From Leucoraja ocellata (taxonomy: Eukaryota), in contig JAWMAR010000023.1 of the NCBI GenBank assembly GCA_036785375.1, positions 1,116,001-1,180,000 of the forward strand: a stretch of DNA of 64,000 nt. Reading direction: 5' to 3'. Within the stretch, counting starts at the first letter, position 1. Each line of letters starts with the position of its first letter. Shown piece after piece: positions 25,286-38,237 of this stretch. The notes under the pieces were generated by a model, which was given only the letters and a program-made list of their open reading frames with translations, was not told the origin of the DNA and made no database searches. Made by a program: the position numbers and the translations under genes.

Positions 25286-26466
25286 CAGCACTTTGAGTCA
25301 TTTTTGACTATCCCTAATCATTCCGTGGCTTTCGAAATGCAAATATATCCTGTCTCTCAAAATCCCCGATAATAACTTGCCTGTCATTGATAGGGTCGGT
25401 AGTTAGCCTATAGTTCCTTGGCTTGTCCTTGCAGTGATTTTTAAATCTCTTCCTGTAAGGTGGAAAGAGAAGAGATAAAAAGACAGGCTTTCATTTTCTG
25501 TGGTTGCATGTGAAGATGCTGTAATAAGAGGAGTGAATGTTGAGGAGATTGCATGTTCCGTGGAAGGCACGTTCCCTGTAGTCCTTTCGGTCCCTTCAGC
25601 ATTCTGAAGGAACCAGGCTCTTCAGGAATCCTTGGTTCAATCTTGTATCTCCAAATTAGTTCTCCTTAAAGCATCTTCCATTTTACCTTGACCTAACATC
25701 CAAGGTCCCAACCAGGTGAAGCTACAGTTCAGAACATAGCCACAAATTGGTGGAGTAACTCAGTGGACCAGACAGTAAAGAAGGAATATGTGAAGTTTCG
25801 GGTAGAGACCATTCTTCCTTTCAGTTGCATTTCTCCCAATTTAACGTGCCGCAGTTGGTGCTCACAGTGTGGTTTCCTCTGCATTGGAGAAGTCAAATGT
25901 GGGTTGGGTGAACTTTTTGCAAAACATCCTGCTTTTCGTATGCAAGAGTAACCCTGACATTCCAGTTACATGTCATTTCAATTCGCTATTGCACTCACTG
26001 ACTTTGGCTCTTACACAGATCCAAGAATGCTCAATGTAAGCTTAAGGAATAGCATCAGTTTCGGGTTGATCAGCTGTGATTAACCGAACTTCTCATCCCC
26101 ACTGTTGATGCCACCTCCACTTGTTTCATTCAATAAATCTCACAAATGTTTGTCTGTTCTCACTGCCCCACCCCATGCTACTTTAAAATGTGTTTAATTT
26201 CTAAGATTTTGTAGTTTTGTTGAAAAATCATTCACCTGAAACATTTTCTCTCTACAAATGTTATCTGATCTGAGTGTTTCCAGCATCTGTATTTTGCTAT
26301 GTTGAATCTGGGATAAGACTGCAATCCAAAAGTTATATAATGTCACTTTATTGTGATAATTATTTTCAACAAAATCAATTGAAGTTTTTTTTTAGAAGTA
26401 TTTGAAGTGTTGTTCGTAAGAAATGACATGCGCTGAAACTAATTTTGGTTTGTGCTTTTATAATAG

Positions 26467-26575
26467 TTCCGCCCCAGTGCGACTCCGTATATGGGGCCAC
26501 CACAGCAGTATCCTGTTCAGCCGCCTCCTGGTACATTCTATTCTGGACCAGGTCCTGGTGATTTCACTACTTATG
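26467..26575 (+). CDS. EIF4G3: EIF4G3 exon (109 nt, phase 0-1): FRPSATPYMGPPQQYPVQPPPGTFYSGPGPGDFTTY
   Basis: taatag acceptor, ATG|gtaagt donor. GPPQQYPVQPP...GPGPGDF is characteristic of eIF4G3. Confidence 0.93.
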
Positions 26576-29095
26576 GTAAGTAGTAAGCCACTAACAAAAT
26601 TTGAGGATTAAAAAAAAAAAAGAATAGATTGAATGGCATTTATTCTGAGCTCATGAAATTGATTGCACTTAATCGTCTTTTGGTTTCTCAGTTCATCTTA
26701 GCTGTTTTAAACAGAAGTTTGCTGTGAGCCAAGTTGGTTGTTGTTGATAATAGATACAATAGTCAACATTGGAAATAAGAAAACCTTGAGCAATACTTTC
26801 TAATGTAAAATCAATGTACTCACTGCCTATTTATTTATCGTCTGAAATTAGATATTTATGTGAGTATAATTGGATACTGGTGGAGAGACTTTTTTTCCGA
26901 CCATTCCAAGTTATGCTTATATGATGGGCTTCCATCCACATTTTTTTTTCATGCTCTCTTAAAAGGACCTTGAGGGTCAACCATGTAACTCCAATCCTGC
27001 AATGCATGTCCAGCAACAGCAGTATTCACGGGCCATTTTCCTTGTATTAGTCCACAAATTACCAGATGTATTGATTTCAGTTTCATGATGTTTTTAGGAT
27101 TGAATTTGAGTTAACCTAGATTGCTCATTTAGATAACCAGTGGCAAAAGTTTTGAGTTGTATATCTGTGGTGAAGTACTTGTGCTTGCATGCCTGGCATC
27201 AATACTCATAATAAGAGCAACTAAACCATTGCACAAGCAGCATATTGGTGTATCATCAAATCATTTTGGTTCAAGTGCAGTAGTACAGCATTTTACTGAT
27301 GGTGTACGTCTTTTAGATTATTGCCAACTAAACATAGCTTTTGGAACTAGAGTGCAAGTTCAATTAAAATTTAGTATACAGTTTATGGTATCCTGCAGAT
27401 TTTTATCTGTGGCACACTTAATAGCAAAAATGCTGATGCTGGTGTGAAGGTATGTAATCAACAAACTAGATTTGAAATTGCATATTGCCCAGCCATCTGA
27501 GATGATTTATTTAGTTTATCTAAATGTTTAAAGAATACGGCGCCACATATTATGGTTCAGTAAGTGTAATGATCCACTTGTATAATTGCTGTAAAATTTT
27601 GGTTGCCCCAAATTGTAATGCATTGCAAGGCAAATGTATGAGTCTTTGCTGTAATTGACAAGTAAATTGTTGATTGATATTTAATTTTCAGTAAATAATT
27701 GAGACAAATCTGGTAAGCCAAAAGTTCATTGTGTTAACATTTTAGAAAGTTATGAATGCCTGTGATTGGTGTCTAGGAACACGTCATTTAGAATTCCTAG
27801 AAATATGTAATTATATATATGGTGAAAATATTTATCCCAAATGTGTCCACATTGGTCAAAAAAATTGCTCCATAGATGCTGCCTCACCCGCTGAGTTTCT
27901 CCAGCAATTTTGTCTACTTTAAGCTATTCGATTAAATTACTTCAAGTTATCAGCTCATCAAGGTTCCTCCATTACTACGTTTTGTCTCCGCCTGCACTAT
28001 TTCTGTCGGTGACTTCCACTTCTCTGCAACTAATTTACTCTTTGTGTCTATTTCCAGTCCACATTTACTAAACGATGTCACCCTGATAAGATTGACTTTA
28101 CCTTAATTTATAACTTTCACTCCTAGTTATGTCTATCCTTCATTGTAAACTCAAAATGATGATTGGTGCTTTTATAATTCTCCCGCTCTGCCATCCTTCC
28201 TGTTGCCCCAAGCTCATGAATTAAAGTTGTCCAGTCCCCACCTCTCCTTGGATTTGCTGAGTATGATTTTATAAAAATGGTGTTATTATTTGTCCATTTC
28301 TCAGAAACCTTCCTGTTCGGTTCAATCCTGTTTGGAGCCTTGGGTACGATCTAAGCAATGCGATTACAACTTCTTTATTTTTCAGATTAACTTTGACTTT
28401 TCTAGTATATGATCTTTCCTCACATCTGTAGTAATTTCTAAAATGAATATTGGTATACATCGTCTCTTTCTTCTCCAGCCATGTGACCCAGGAATCTTGA
28501 GCTACTTTTTCTCCCCATCTTAAACCATGTTTTGGCAAAAGTCATATGATCATACTCTCAGACGTTTCTGTGCCTTCTGTTCACTTTTTCCGAGATTCCT
28601 TGAATTATATAATTACACACTGCCAAATTACAAGTAGACCCGTTATTTTAAGCAATCGCGATATTTCAAATGAAGATGTTTATTTTCTTCAAGATATTTT
28701 TGCAGTCTAATATTGTTGAATCTCCTTGCGTGCGCTACTGCCTGGTAGCCCAATCTGTGATTTCAAAATTGGTTGTGGCTTAATTATGTCAAAGTATTGT
28801 GATGGTCTGGTGAGAATAATTTCAAAAAACTCTGGAGGTGCCTAGTAACTTGGAGAGCAGTAATACCAGAAAAATTTAGGCGGCAGATGAAAGATTTGAA
28901 CTGATTCTCATCTGAAATCAAAATCCAGGTTTGTGTTCAACTAATTTACTTTGTTTAATTAAGAGGTAAATGCAACGGGTAGTTCATTCTCAGTTAATGT
29001 CTATGTAAATTTCAGCTGAAATGTAGAATGGAAAATGCCTTACTATTAATCAGTTCTCATAAAGTTTTAATGTAGCTTTAGTTTCTCTCTTCCCT

Positions 29096-29129
<34 letters not shown>

Positions 29130-32100
29130 TATAGATGTGGTACTTGAAGCTAATTTAAGGTGTACCCTAGCCGGTTGCAATTTTCATTAGTATTCAGAGG
29201 GAGACGCAACTTGCCCGTCATAGCAGGTAAAGTCTCTGTCTCCCTTGGCTCACTGGTGGTTCACGTACTGTGATGTCAGGAATTAAAAATAAATTCTCAA
29301 TCGAAATCCTAAATTAGTCATTGATGCAACTAACCTTATTGAATTCTGCATATGCTCAATCAGTTGGGCAGTTACCTATCCTTAGGTTACAATTCATCTG
29401 CACACACAAACGCTGACACACACAAATACGAGCATGCTCACATTGCAAGAGAGGGATTTTTTAATAATCAAAAGGCCATAACAGAAAACTAATATTGATG
29501 CATCTCTTGATGAATGGTAACATTGAAATAAACTCTGCTGAGTGTGTGCAGGTGAGGTGGTAAAGAAAATGTAGTTGGAAATTTTGATATACTCTATAAG
29601 ACTTTCTGTCTCGTCCATTTTATCAGGATTATCTTATTCACGGTAATTATACAGGTTTCATTGGGTATGTTTGCTTATTTAAGCCAAAGGTAAACGGGGC
29701 AAGCTGATCTTGTTTTGTGCAACTGGTTAAACTATTTTGGTTTATAAAATCTCCATACCAGTTAGACTTTTGAGAGCGTTTAATTTTTTTTATTCCCTGT
29801 TAAGCAGATTTCTACTGGAGATTTGGATCTTTCTTTCACTGTCTTGTATTTGCTACATTAGGAACATTGTTCAAATTAAGGGGCAATTGAAGACCAAGCT
29901 GCAGCTCATGAAGACCAGAAAAATGCAGTACTTTACTGCTGTTATTTGTGCTTCCAGTGTTTTTGGTGAAAATAGCAGGTCTATATCCAACTGTGCTATA
30001 ATTTCCACTGTTCACTTTTTGCATATGATTCCAATCTGTAGCATGTTGGGGAGATGGTTGTTGTCCATGTGCGATGAAATATATTCAGCCAGTGAACTTT
30101 CACTTAGGTGTTTGACAGCAATTCCTCCAGTGAAGTGAACGCAGTGGATATAGAGGCCCAGCAGTAAAGTTTACCATAAGTTTGACAAGTTCCTGTCAAG
30201 TGGCATAGGTGCAAACAATAATAACATCCCGTGATTTTTTTTTTTATCCGCATGTTATCATTAATCCCTAGAAAAGAGCATATTTTATCTCAAACTCAGT
30301 TGATGACAATGTCTGCCTGCATTTCACATCAAGAATAATCTTGATGTTTAAAAATTATTCCAAGAATGTGAATGACATTAATGTCTAAAATTTTAAATAG
30401 TCTTATTTGGTCTGTTATGCAAAGCAATGCAATGTCTATTAGGATCATTACAAACCCAATTATGGCAAGATCTTCTTTTAATGGGTTTATATAATATTAT
30501 TCATTTTAAAATCAAACTGGCTGTTTGATTTATTTGTTTGCTACCCATTTTTACTGTTTTTGTTAACCATCCATTCCCTGGATTCTATATTTCTGGAATG
30601 GATCCCAGAACAATGCTATTACTATGTGAAAATCTAACGAAAGAAAGCAGGAAAATAATTCTGACCATTGGATAAATTTTCAAAAACTTAACACCTTTTT
30701 AAGAGATTGACTATTTTCACCCAATAGTTGCTAGAATTGTCACTTCACTCCTGCCACATTTCCAAGGCCTGGCACTGAAATGGGATCTTTCTATGCTTAG
30801 CCTTGGATGAGCAGTGAGCAACAGTGAATATTGGGATCTGAGGCTAAACAAATTTATGTTCTGTTTCATGTCTAGCCTCAGAAACAAGGCGCAGAGGGTG
30901 GCCCCAATCAGGAGTTCAGCCACTGTGTGGTGAGTTTTAAATAGAAAAAGTTGTTTTTTTAAAACTATATCTAGGCATGTATACCTTAAGATTCACGAGG
31001 GAAAACATTACAGGCTTTTTAATATATATATATATAAATATATATTAAAAAGTTACTTTTAATAAATTATATATATAATTAACAGTTACAGTTTTTTTCT
31101 TTTCTAATTTCAATAGTAATACACAGGCAGGTGACCTGTTTCGTGCTTCTGCCAACAGTCTTTATTGCCTGCAGGAAGTGAGAAAGGATGGGCTCTGGTA
31201 AGGTGGCCAGCCAAGTCTTGGCCCAAACTTGCCATATCCTAACTGGATAGAAAGGTGGAGTTTAAGTCCCAGTACATAAGATTCTCAGGGCATGTCACTG
31301 TATACCAGTTTAAAAAAAATAAATGCTTCAATCATGTAGCAAAGTAGTCAGATAGTCAGCTATAGATATTTAGCTCATCATTTAAGTCATTGTTGTGATT
31401 TTTTTTAATAGGAATGTGCATGTTTAGATCAATATTTGTTCAGTTTTAGTTTATTTTCTCTTGGGTACTGATGTATGAAAAAACAATAAAATGAGCAAGT
31501 TGGGCTTTGCAAGATTTAAATAATTTCCAGGTATTTTAGTTTCTTTGGTAGATTCCTACATAAGAACATTTACGTAGATTTTATGTTTTCAAGAATAAAG
31601 GAAGATGTGCAGAAATAAAATGTATCTGCAGGTGTGGATCTTAAAATGTTTTTTTCCATCCTTTCAACAAATAATCACCTGGATAACTCATGGATACCAA
31701 ATAATGCTTTCTCCTTCCTGCTTCATGCTTTCTCTTTCCTGCTTCAGGTGTTTTGTCAACATTCCTTTACTCCATTTTGATTTATTTTCGTATTCCCATC
31801 ATTAATTACTTTCCTGTTATTTGTCTTGGGTCTCAGACTAATCAATGGCAAATTTCTTGCTGTGCAGAGGGGGACTAGTTCAATGCTGAAGTTATAGGCA
31901 AGCCGTTCGGCTCGTTTTATTCTTGGTCATCTTTGTAGTGACTTGATACAGCTGAGGCGCTTCTTGCTTAGCCACTCGGGATAGCAGTTAAGATTCAACC
32001 ACTTTTGTGAGACTGAATGTACTTATGGTTAGATACATAGGGACAGCATATTTCCCTCTCTGAAGCAAATGGGTTACCAAATTTGATTTTCACACAATCA

Positions 32101-32655
32101 TATAGGTTGAAATCACTCTTACTGATGTTACCTTTTTTTTCATGCAATATATTTGGAAGCTGAATTTAAATTGTTTGCCATGCCACAATTGGAATTTAAC
32201 CTGCAATCTGTGGGTGACTATCCTGTAACGTGTTATCCTATAACTATTACATTTTACATAGGAATGTGGCTTAAATTCTGTTCTGAAATATATCTTCAAC
32301 GTGCACTCATTTGTGAGAGAAGCTGTCATGGAAATGTAATGTAGTTGGCTGTTTTCATGGAATAAACCAATCTGTAAGTGAGAGGTCTCTGAACTTTAAT
32401 TAGTTAAAATTAGACTTTTCTAATATAGTGATTTAATTATTTGACTTGTCACGCAGTTCAGACGCACAAATACTTACATTTTGTAGTTAGAGAGCTGAAT
32501 ACTGTTTATAATTTTTCAAAAATAATAATTGCTGAGGTAGGAATCATGCAACATAATTATTCTCTCGCTTCCCTTACCAGTACTTATCAGCAAATTATCA
32601 ACAAAAACTATGATGTGGCATTATTTTGTTCTTGCAGAACTTAGGAATCACATAG

Positions 32656-32855
32656 GTTACACAAAAAAGCTGGAGAAACTCAGCAGGTGCAGCAGCATCT
32701 ATGGAGCGAAGGAAATAGGCAACGTTTCGGGCCGAAACCTCGGCCCGAAACGTTGCCTATTTCCTTCGCTCCATAGATGCTGCTGCACCCGCTGAGTTTC
32801 TCCAGCTTTTTTGTGTAACCTTCGATTCTCCAGCATCTGCAGTTCCTTCTTAAAC
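32656..32855. mobile_element. 200-bp Penelope-derived insert with inverted duplication and 17-bp TSD
   Basis: TSD ACTTAGGAATCACATAG at 32639-32655 and 32856-32872. Arms 32654-32735 and 32740-32821 are reverse complements with one mismatch. Confidence 0.9.
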
Positions 32856-33359
32856 ACTTAGGAATCACATAGTTGTTGATCCATTAATGTTACCTGTTGG
32901 ATGTCATGAGTAATTCCAGTTGATCTAATTTGACCATGAATAGAAATCAGCTGATGTCCAAATAAGATAATTAAACAACCACATCTAATTAGCTTGAACA
33001 GTTCATGCTAGAGGTATTATGATTGTGATTATTGAGATATTGGCATCTAAATATAGAAAATATTATAATTTACAGCAGTTTGGTGATAGTCCGACAACTG
33101 ATTATAGTTCAGGTCCTTTTCATTGAAAATTAAGCATTGAAACAATTATCTTTCAGTAGGGAGGACAATAGGGAAATTGCTGATTTTTTAATGATACTGT
33201 TTGACAATATTACTGTGCTGAATCAGTCATCTTAGTTTGAAATGGCTGTCTTGAGAAAAAATGCTAACTGATTTGAAAACTGTAGATGGAATCTCATTTT
33301 CCCCATATGCTGCTATCGAAATTTGTGTTTTAATAAATCCACAAGTGCTATCATCTCTT

Positions 33360-34835
33360 TTGTCCCAAAGTAGCTATTTCTGATAAAGGACGAAACTGTT
33401 GGTAGCCCTTCATTTTTCCTCGACTGCAGAACCAGATAATTTCCATCTGGTAACACTCTCCTCCACCCAGCAGAGCTGGTCCTTTTACCCATATCAACTT
33501 CTCCTTTGACTCCTCATACTTCCTCCAAATCCAAGGCGTAGCTATGGGCCCAGCTGGGCGTGCCTCTTTGTTGGGTACGTCGAACAATCACTGTTCCAGG
33601 CATACACTGGCCCTATCCCCAAACTCTAACTCCACAACATTGACGACTGCATCCATGCAAAACTCACTGACTTCATCAACTTCACGACTAATTTCCATCC
33701 TGCACTCAAATTCACTTGGACCGTCTCCGACATCTCTCTGCCATTTTTAGACTCACCGTCTCCATCTCAGGAGACAGACTATTGACTGACATCTATTATA
33801 AACTCACTAACACCCATAGCTATCTAGACTACACTTCTTCCCACCCTGCTTCTTGTGAAGACTATCCCCTGCTCCCAATTACTCCCTCTACACCGCATCT
33901 GCGCTCAGGATGAGATTTTCCTTACCAGGTCATCGAAGATGTCCTCGTTCTTTAGGGAACGGGGATTCCCCTCTTCCATTATAGATGAGATTCTCACTAG
34001 GATCTCCTCGCTATCCCGCAGCTTTGCTCTTGCTCCCCTTCCCCCCCCATTCATAACAAGGACAGAGTCCCCCTTGTTCTCACCTTCTACTCCATCAGCC
34101 GTCGCATACAGCATATAATCCTCCAGCATTTTCGCCACCTCCAACGGGATCTCGCTACTGGCCACATCTTCCCATCTCCACCCCTTTTGCTTTCCAAGAG
34201 TGTTCCCTCTGCAACTCGCTGGTCAAATCGTCCCTTCCCACCCAAACCACCCCCTCCCCAGGTACTTTCCCCTGCAACTACAGGAGATGCAACACCTGTT
34301 CCTTTACCTCCCTCCTTGACTTCATCCAAGGACCCCGACAGTCTTTTCAGGTGAGTCAAGGGTTCACGCACCTCCTCCAACCTCATCTACTTTATCCGCT
34401 GTTCCAGGTGTCAACTCCTGTATATCGGTGAGACCAAGTGTAGGCTCGGCGATTGTTCTACTTCAACCTACGTGATCTCCCGGTTGCTCAGCACTTTAAC
34501 TCCCCTTCCCATTCCCAATCAGACCTTTCTGTCTTGGGCCTCCTCCATTGTCAGAATGAGGCCCAGCGCAAACAGGAGGAACAGCACCTCGTATTTCGCT
34601 TGAGTAGCTTACACCCCAGCTGTATGAACATTGACTTATCTAACTTCAAATAGCCCGTGCTTTCCCTCTCTCTCCATCCCCTCCCCCTTCCCAGTTCTCC
34701 CACCAGTCTTATTGTCGTCAACTACATTCTATCTCTGTCCCGCCCACTCCCCTGATATCAGTCTGAAGAAGAGTCTTGACCCAAAACCTTACCCATTCCT
34801 TTTCTCCAGAGATGCTGCCTGTCCCGCTGAGTTTT
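33360..34835 (+). mobile_element. Penelope-like retroelement (Neptune-type) pseudogene: RT + GIY-YIG endonuclease + terminal hammerhead-bearing tail
   Basis: QIQGVAMG, .IDD, LKFTWT, TDIYYK.T..HSYLDY, and LIYFIRCSRCQLLYIGETKCRLGD (GIY-YIG-type with CxxC). CTGAAGA at 34763. Multiple frameshifts. Confidence 0.88.
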
Positions 34836-36762
34836 CCTAGTCCATTTAGCAATTCGCAGAGCCTATCGGATAATCTGATCATTCAATTTTCACAAAGCTT
34901 ATTTTTGAAAATCAATAAATTTCCTACTGTGAATTCAAAACATTATATAAGATTGAATCTTTCTAGCTATAAGTTTAGGTGCTGTACACTGAGCATGGAT
35001 GAAGGTTATATCTGGCAGAGAGAAAGTGCTGAATCAGCATGGGAAGGATTGTCCCAAGCTGTAGTGCTGTAGTTTTAAAGCAGTGCCAGATTTTCAGCTA
35101 ATAAATCTGAAAATACATTGCTGTGCATCAGTCGGTCCTGGACTTTGGGAGATGAGAAATACAAAAATAAATTGCTGATTATGGCTTGGTGCTAGTATTT
35201 AGAATTTATTTTAAGTTAATCATGGCATAGTTGTGATCAGTTATGTTTAGCCACTGATGAAGCCATTGTGCAGGTGCTGTGGAAATCACAGCATTGACTT
35301 GACATACTAATAATGTAATCCACAGCAGCTTTTGGTTTTATGTGCATTCACATCCTTGTAGGTATAGCACTTGACAAAAATATAGTATTTGTAATTTTAT
35401 ATAACATTTGACAAATAATGAATTGTAAAGGCTGACTTTCTCACTGGAGGAGAAAATATTGTGGAAAAATTGAGTGATGAGTTAAAAGATATAACTACTC
35501 GAAGTTAATGTGAGTAATTAAAAACCCATGGATCAGCCAAAAGTGGATCCTCCCTGTTGTGATTAGAATGCCTTTGCTGCAGTGTGGTTGGTGAGGATTT
35601 TTTGGTGGAATGTAATTACTGTGAAAATGTTGTTGAATCCACAGGCTAAATAACTTATTTCAAAGGAATGAAGCATGGAGATATATGCTGAGATAAGTTT
35701 CAGTGTTTCCTAGAAATGTTTGTATTAGTGTTTTTCTCCTAAAGCTATTCAGATCAAGTAGATTTATCCTGTACATTGCTGTAGATCTTTCTCAACATTG
35801 TTTTACTAAACCCATCATAAACTATTAAGCCAATAGATCCTGAACTGTTGGGACTTTAAAGAATCATTACTTCATTCATAGTTATGACCTTTGCCATAAA
35901 AATAGTTTTGTAATCTTGTATTTTGTCATTACATTCAGGGTTTCAAAAGCAATTTCTGTGATGGTCCCACTAAATTAAGCAAAGAGATATTCTACGATTC
36001 ATGAGCAAGTGGTCTGTATCGTTTTCTTTCTCAACACAAATGTCACAGTAATCATTTTTACTTAAAAAAATAAAAATAAAAATACAATTTCAGTGCCACC
36101 CATATGCAGATTTGCAGGGCTGACAATGGAGAGAACAAGAGCTGATCCAGAGAATACAATGGCCAAACCACGTGCCTGCTCACCAGGATCATTCAATATC
36201 GATAACCAGTAAATTTGCAGCCTTATAATCACAGTCAACCAAATGGACATCTCTGTCAGCGGACAGATTTTTTTTAGCTTATGGGAGAATTTTGCAATTT
36301 TATTATTTTCCTTCCTGTTGGGGAGACACTGTTTGAAGATTACTGCATACATTTGTATACGTCCCATACCGAATCCTCTCAGTTTTGAAACCACTCCATC
36401 TTTGCATCCCACCTTCCACCCACCCTGCTGCATGCACAACAAGCCTCGGGTTTGTGATTGAATACTTAAAGCAAAAACAACAATAAAGATCCAAAAACAG
36501 CAGTGCTTTCTTGCAAGAGTGAAAGGAACATTGCAGTGTGTCATTTGGGTGTTTGAATTCTAAGTTGTCTTGATAAGAACGGACTCCTGAGCTCTAGTGG
36601 GAATACTGGCTTACATTCAAGTGTTCATTACAACTAATGCCAAAATATACCATATTGTATCAACTGTGATGTGCATGAATTTCGAAAACTCCATAAAGTT
36701 ACCTATTATTGAATGTGCGGAGCATGTTTGGATAAATTGTGATGTGCATTTTCTTTCACCAG

Positions 36763-36860
36763 CACCATCCTATTACAGTCAACCTGTGTATTCGCCGACT
36801 GCACCTTTGATAGTGCCTACACAACAACAACCACCTCCAACAAAGAGGGAAAAGAAAACG
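36763..36860 (+). CDS. EIF4G3: EIF4G3 exon (98 nt, phase 1-0): (A)PSYYSQPVYSPTAPLIVPTQQQPPPTKREKKT
   Basis: caccag acceptor, ACG|gtaaag donor. SQPVY...IVPTQQQPPP.KREKKT is the first half of the PABP-binding site. Confidence 0.94.
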
Positions 36861-38237
36861 GTAAAGCGTCCATGTAGCTGGTTTCCTTTTGCTTCTGCTT
36901 GTGTGTAATTGAGTTGCGTGTAACGGAGGTGACGTTTAACTTGCAAATAGCCCTGCAGTCCTGTTATTTGATTCTATATTAGAATGGGTTTTTTTATGTG
37001 GCTTGCAGAAGTCACTGGTATTGCTGAGTCTTTCTCTAAGGTATGAATGTTAGAAAGAAGTATAATCTTCTCAAGAAGGCACCCAATTTCATGTAGCTCA
37101 TATCTGTGAAGAGCACTTTACCTGGCTACGTTTTCAAGGTGAGGTCTGTATTCTGCCGATCTACAAGGTATATCCTGCCCAGTCAAACATCTAGAATTAT
37201 ATTTTTTGAGTGACCCCACCATCTCTGTTTCAGTGCAGGTAATGCAAGGTCCTCCTTAGCCTTAAAGTAATGCCTACTTGCTGATAATATCAGCATTTAG
37301 TTTGAGTTGTACCAGATTGCTTTCTTGATGCAGTCTTAATTTAGTCATGGATGCCTAAATGCCATGAAGAAGGGAGAACATTCGTCCTTAAAATAAAGAT
37401 AGCACTGGAACCACAGAGCACCAGTAACGGTAAGCCGAACGAGAGGAAAATGTATAACTCTACAATTGTTCGTTGAAGATCAGGTGGATGTCAAAGTTGG
37501 TCATCACTTTTTCAGAGTAATTATGGAACTGCACAATTGCTGGCCTGATAGTATCATTCAAATTAAAACATCCTGTAAAAAAATTAAAAGTACTGCATGA
37601 TGCAGTGTGTGAATCCCAAGGAATTACAAATTGCATGCTTACTGCCTTAAAATGATGTTGTAATAGTTTGAGCCCATTCAGGTTGAGGATGTGTAGGATC
37701 AAAACAGAAGTTAAGTGGAAAATGGAATTTGCTCATTTAGTATTTTTACATTTACTTTAGTATGGTTAGCACGTTGTTGTATAGGCACTTATCAGGACTG
37801 TAACAGGCTTGTTGGCATTAGCTTGATTCTGAAATAATTTGCACTGTGCTGTGCTACAAGTATGGAATTCAGCCTGTCACTGATCATTTATAAATTCCCT
37901 GAATTTTTATCCTATTAATTGATGTGGATGCTGCTGAAATTGGGCTCGCGGAGGTTCACATTGGGATGACTGAAAAATGTTTCACTTCCCATGAACATGC
38001 AGGAGAAATTAAGAACGTATTAATTTAGCTGAATATTTAAGCATAGTCAGGATCGATCTCAGGATCTAATATGTTTAGCATAGTCAGCATTGAACCCAAA
38101 GCTGCAACTTTACTGCTGCACCACTGTGCTACCCTTGTCACATTTTGCATACCTAAAATTGATTAGAAACTGCATTGGAAAGGGGTAATTTAGTAATTCT
38201 GCAAGCCCTAGCTATTCATGTTTCCAGCTGTGCATTA

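Larger units (their letters stand above)
23930..25450 (-). mobile_element. Old CR1 LINE RT fragment interrupted by two younger insertions
   Basis: CR1 RT sequence (GGAACCCAGCACTGATCC, TTTGTGTCATC) resumes after 25105 and again after about 25285. Confidence 0.7.

Noticed and set aside
30797-30847. Orthologue of SNORD66 (hosted by EIF4G1)
   Set aside because: Only a short D-box-proximal resemblance; I cannot see the 18S-complementary guide and the unit is too short. Kept only as an anonymous K-turn candidate.
32610-32868. Mirror-image ORFs on both strands
   Set aside because: Simple consequence of the palindrome; no coding evidence.
36090-36270. H/ACA snoRNA or structured RNA (GCTGACA...TGTCAGC ends)
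   Set aside because: Could not build two hairpins with H and ACA boxes; a 7-bp complement is expected by chance.
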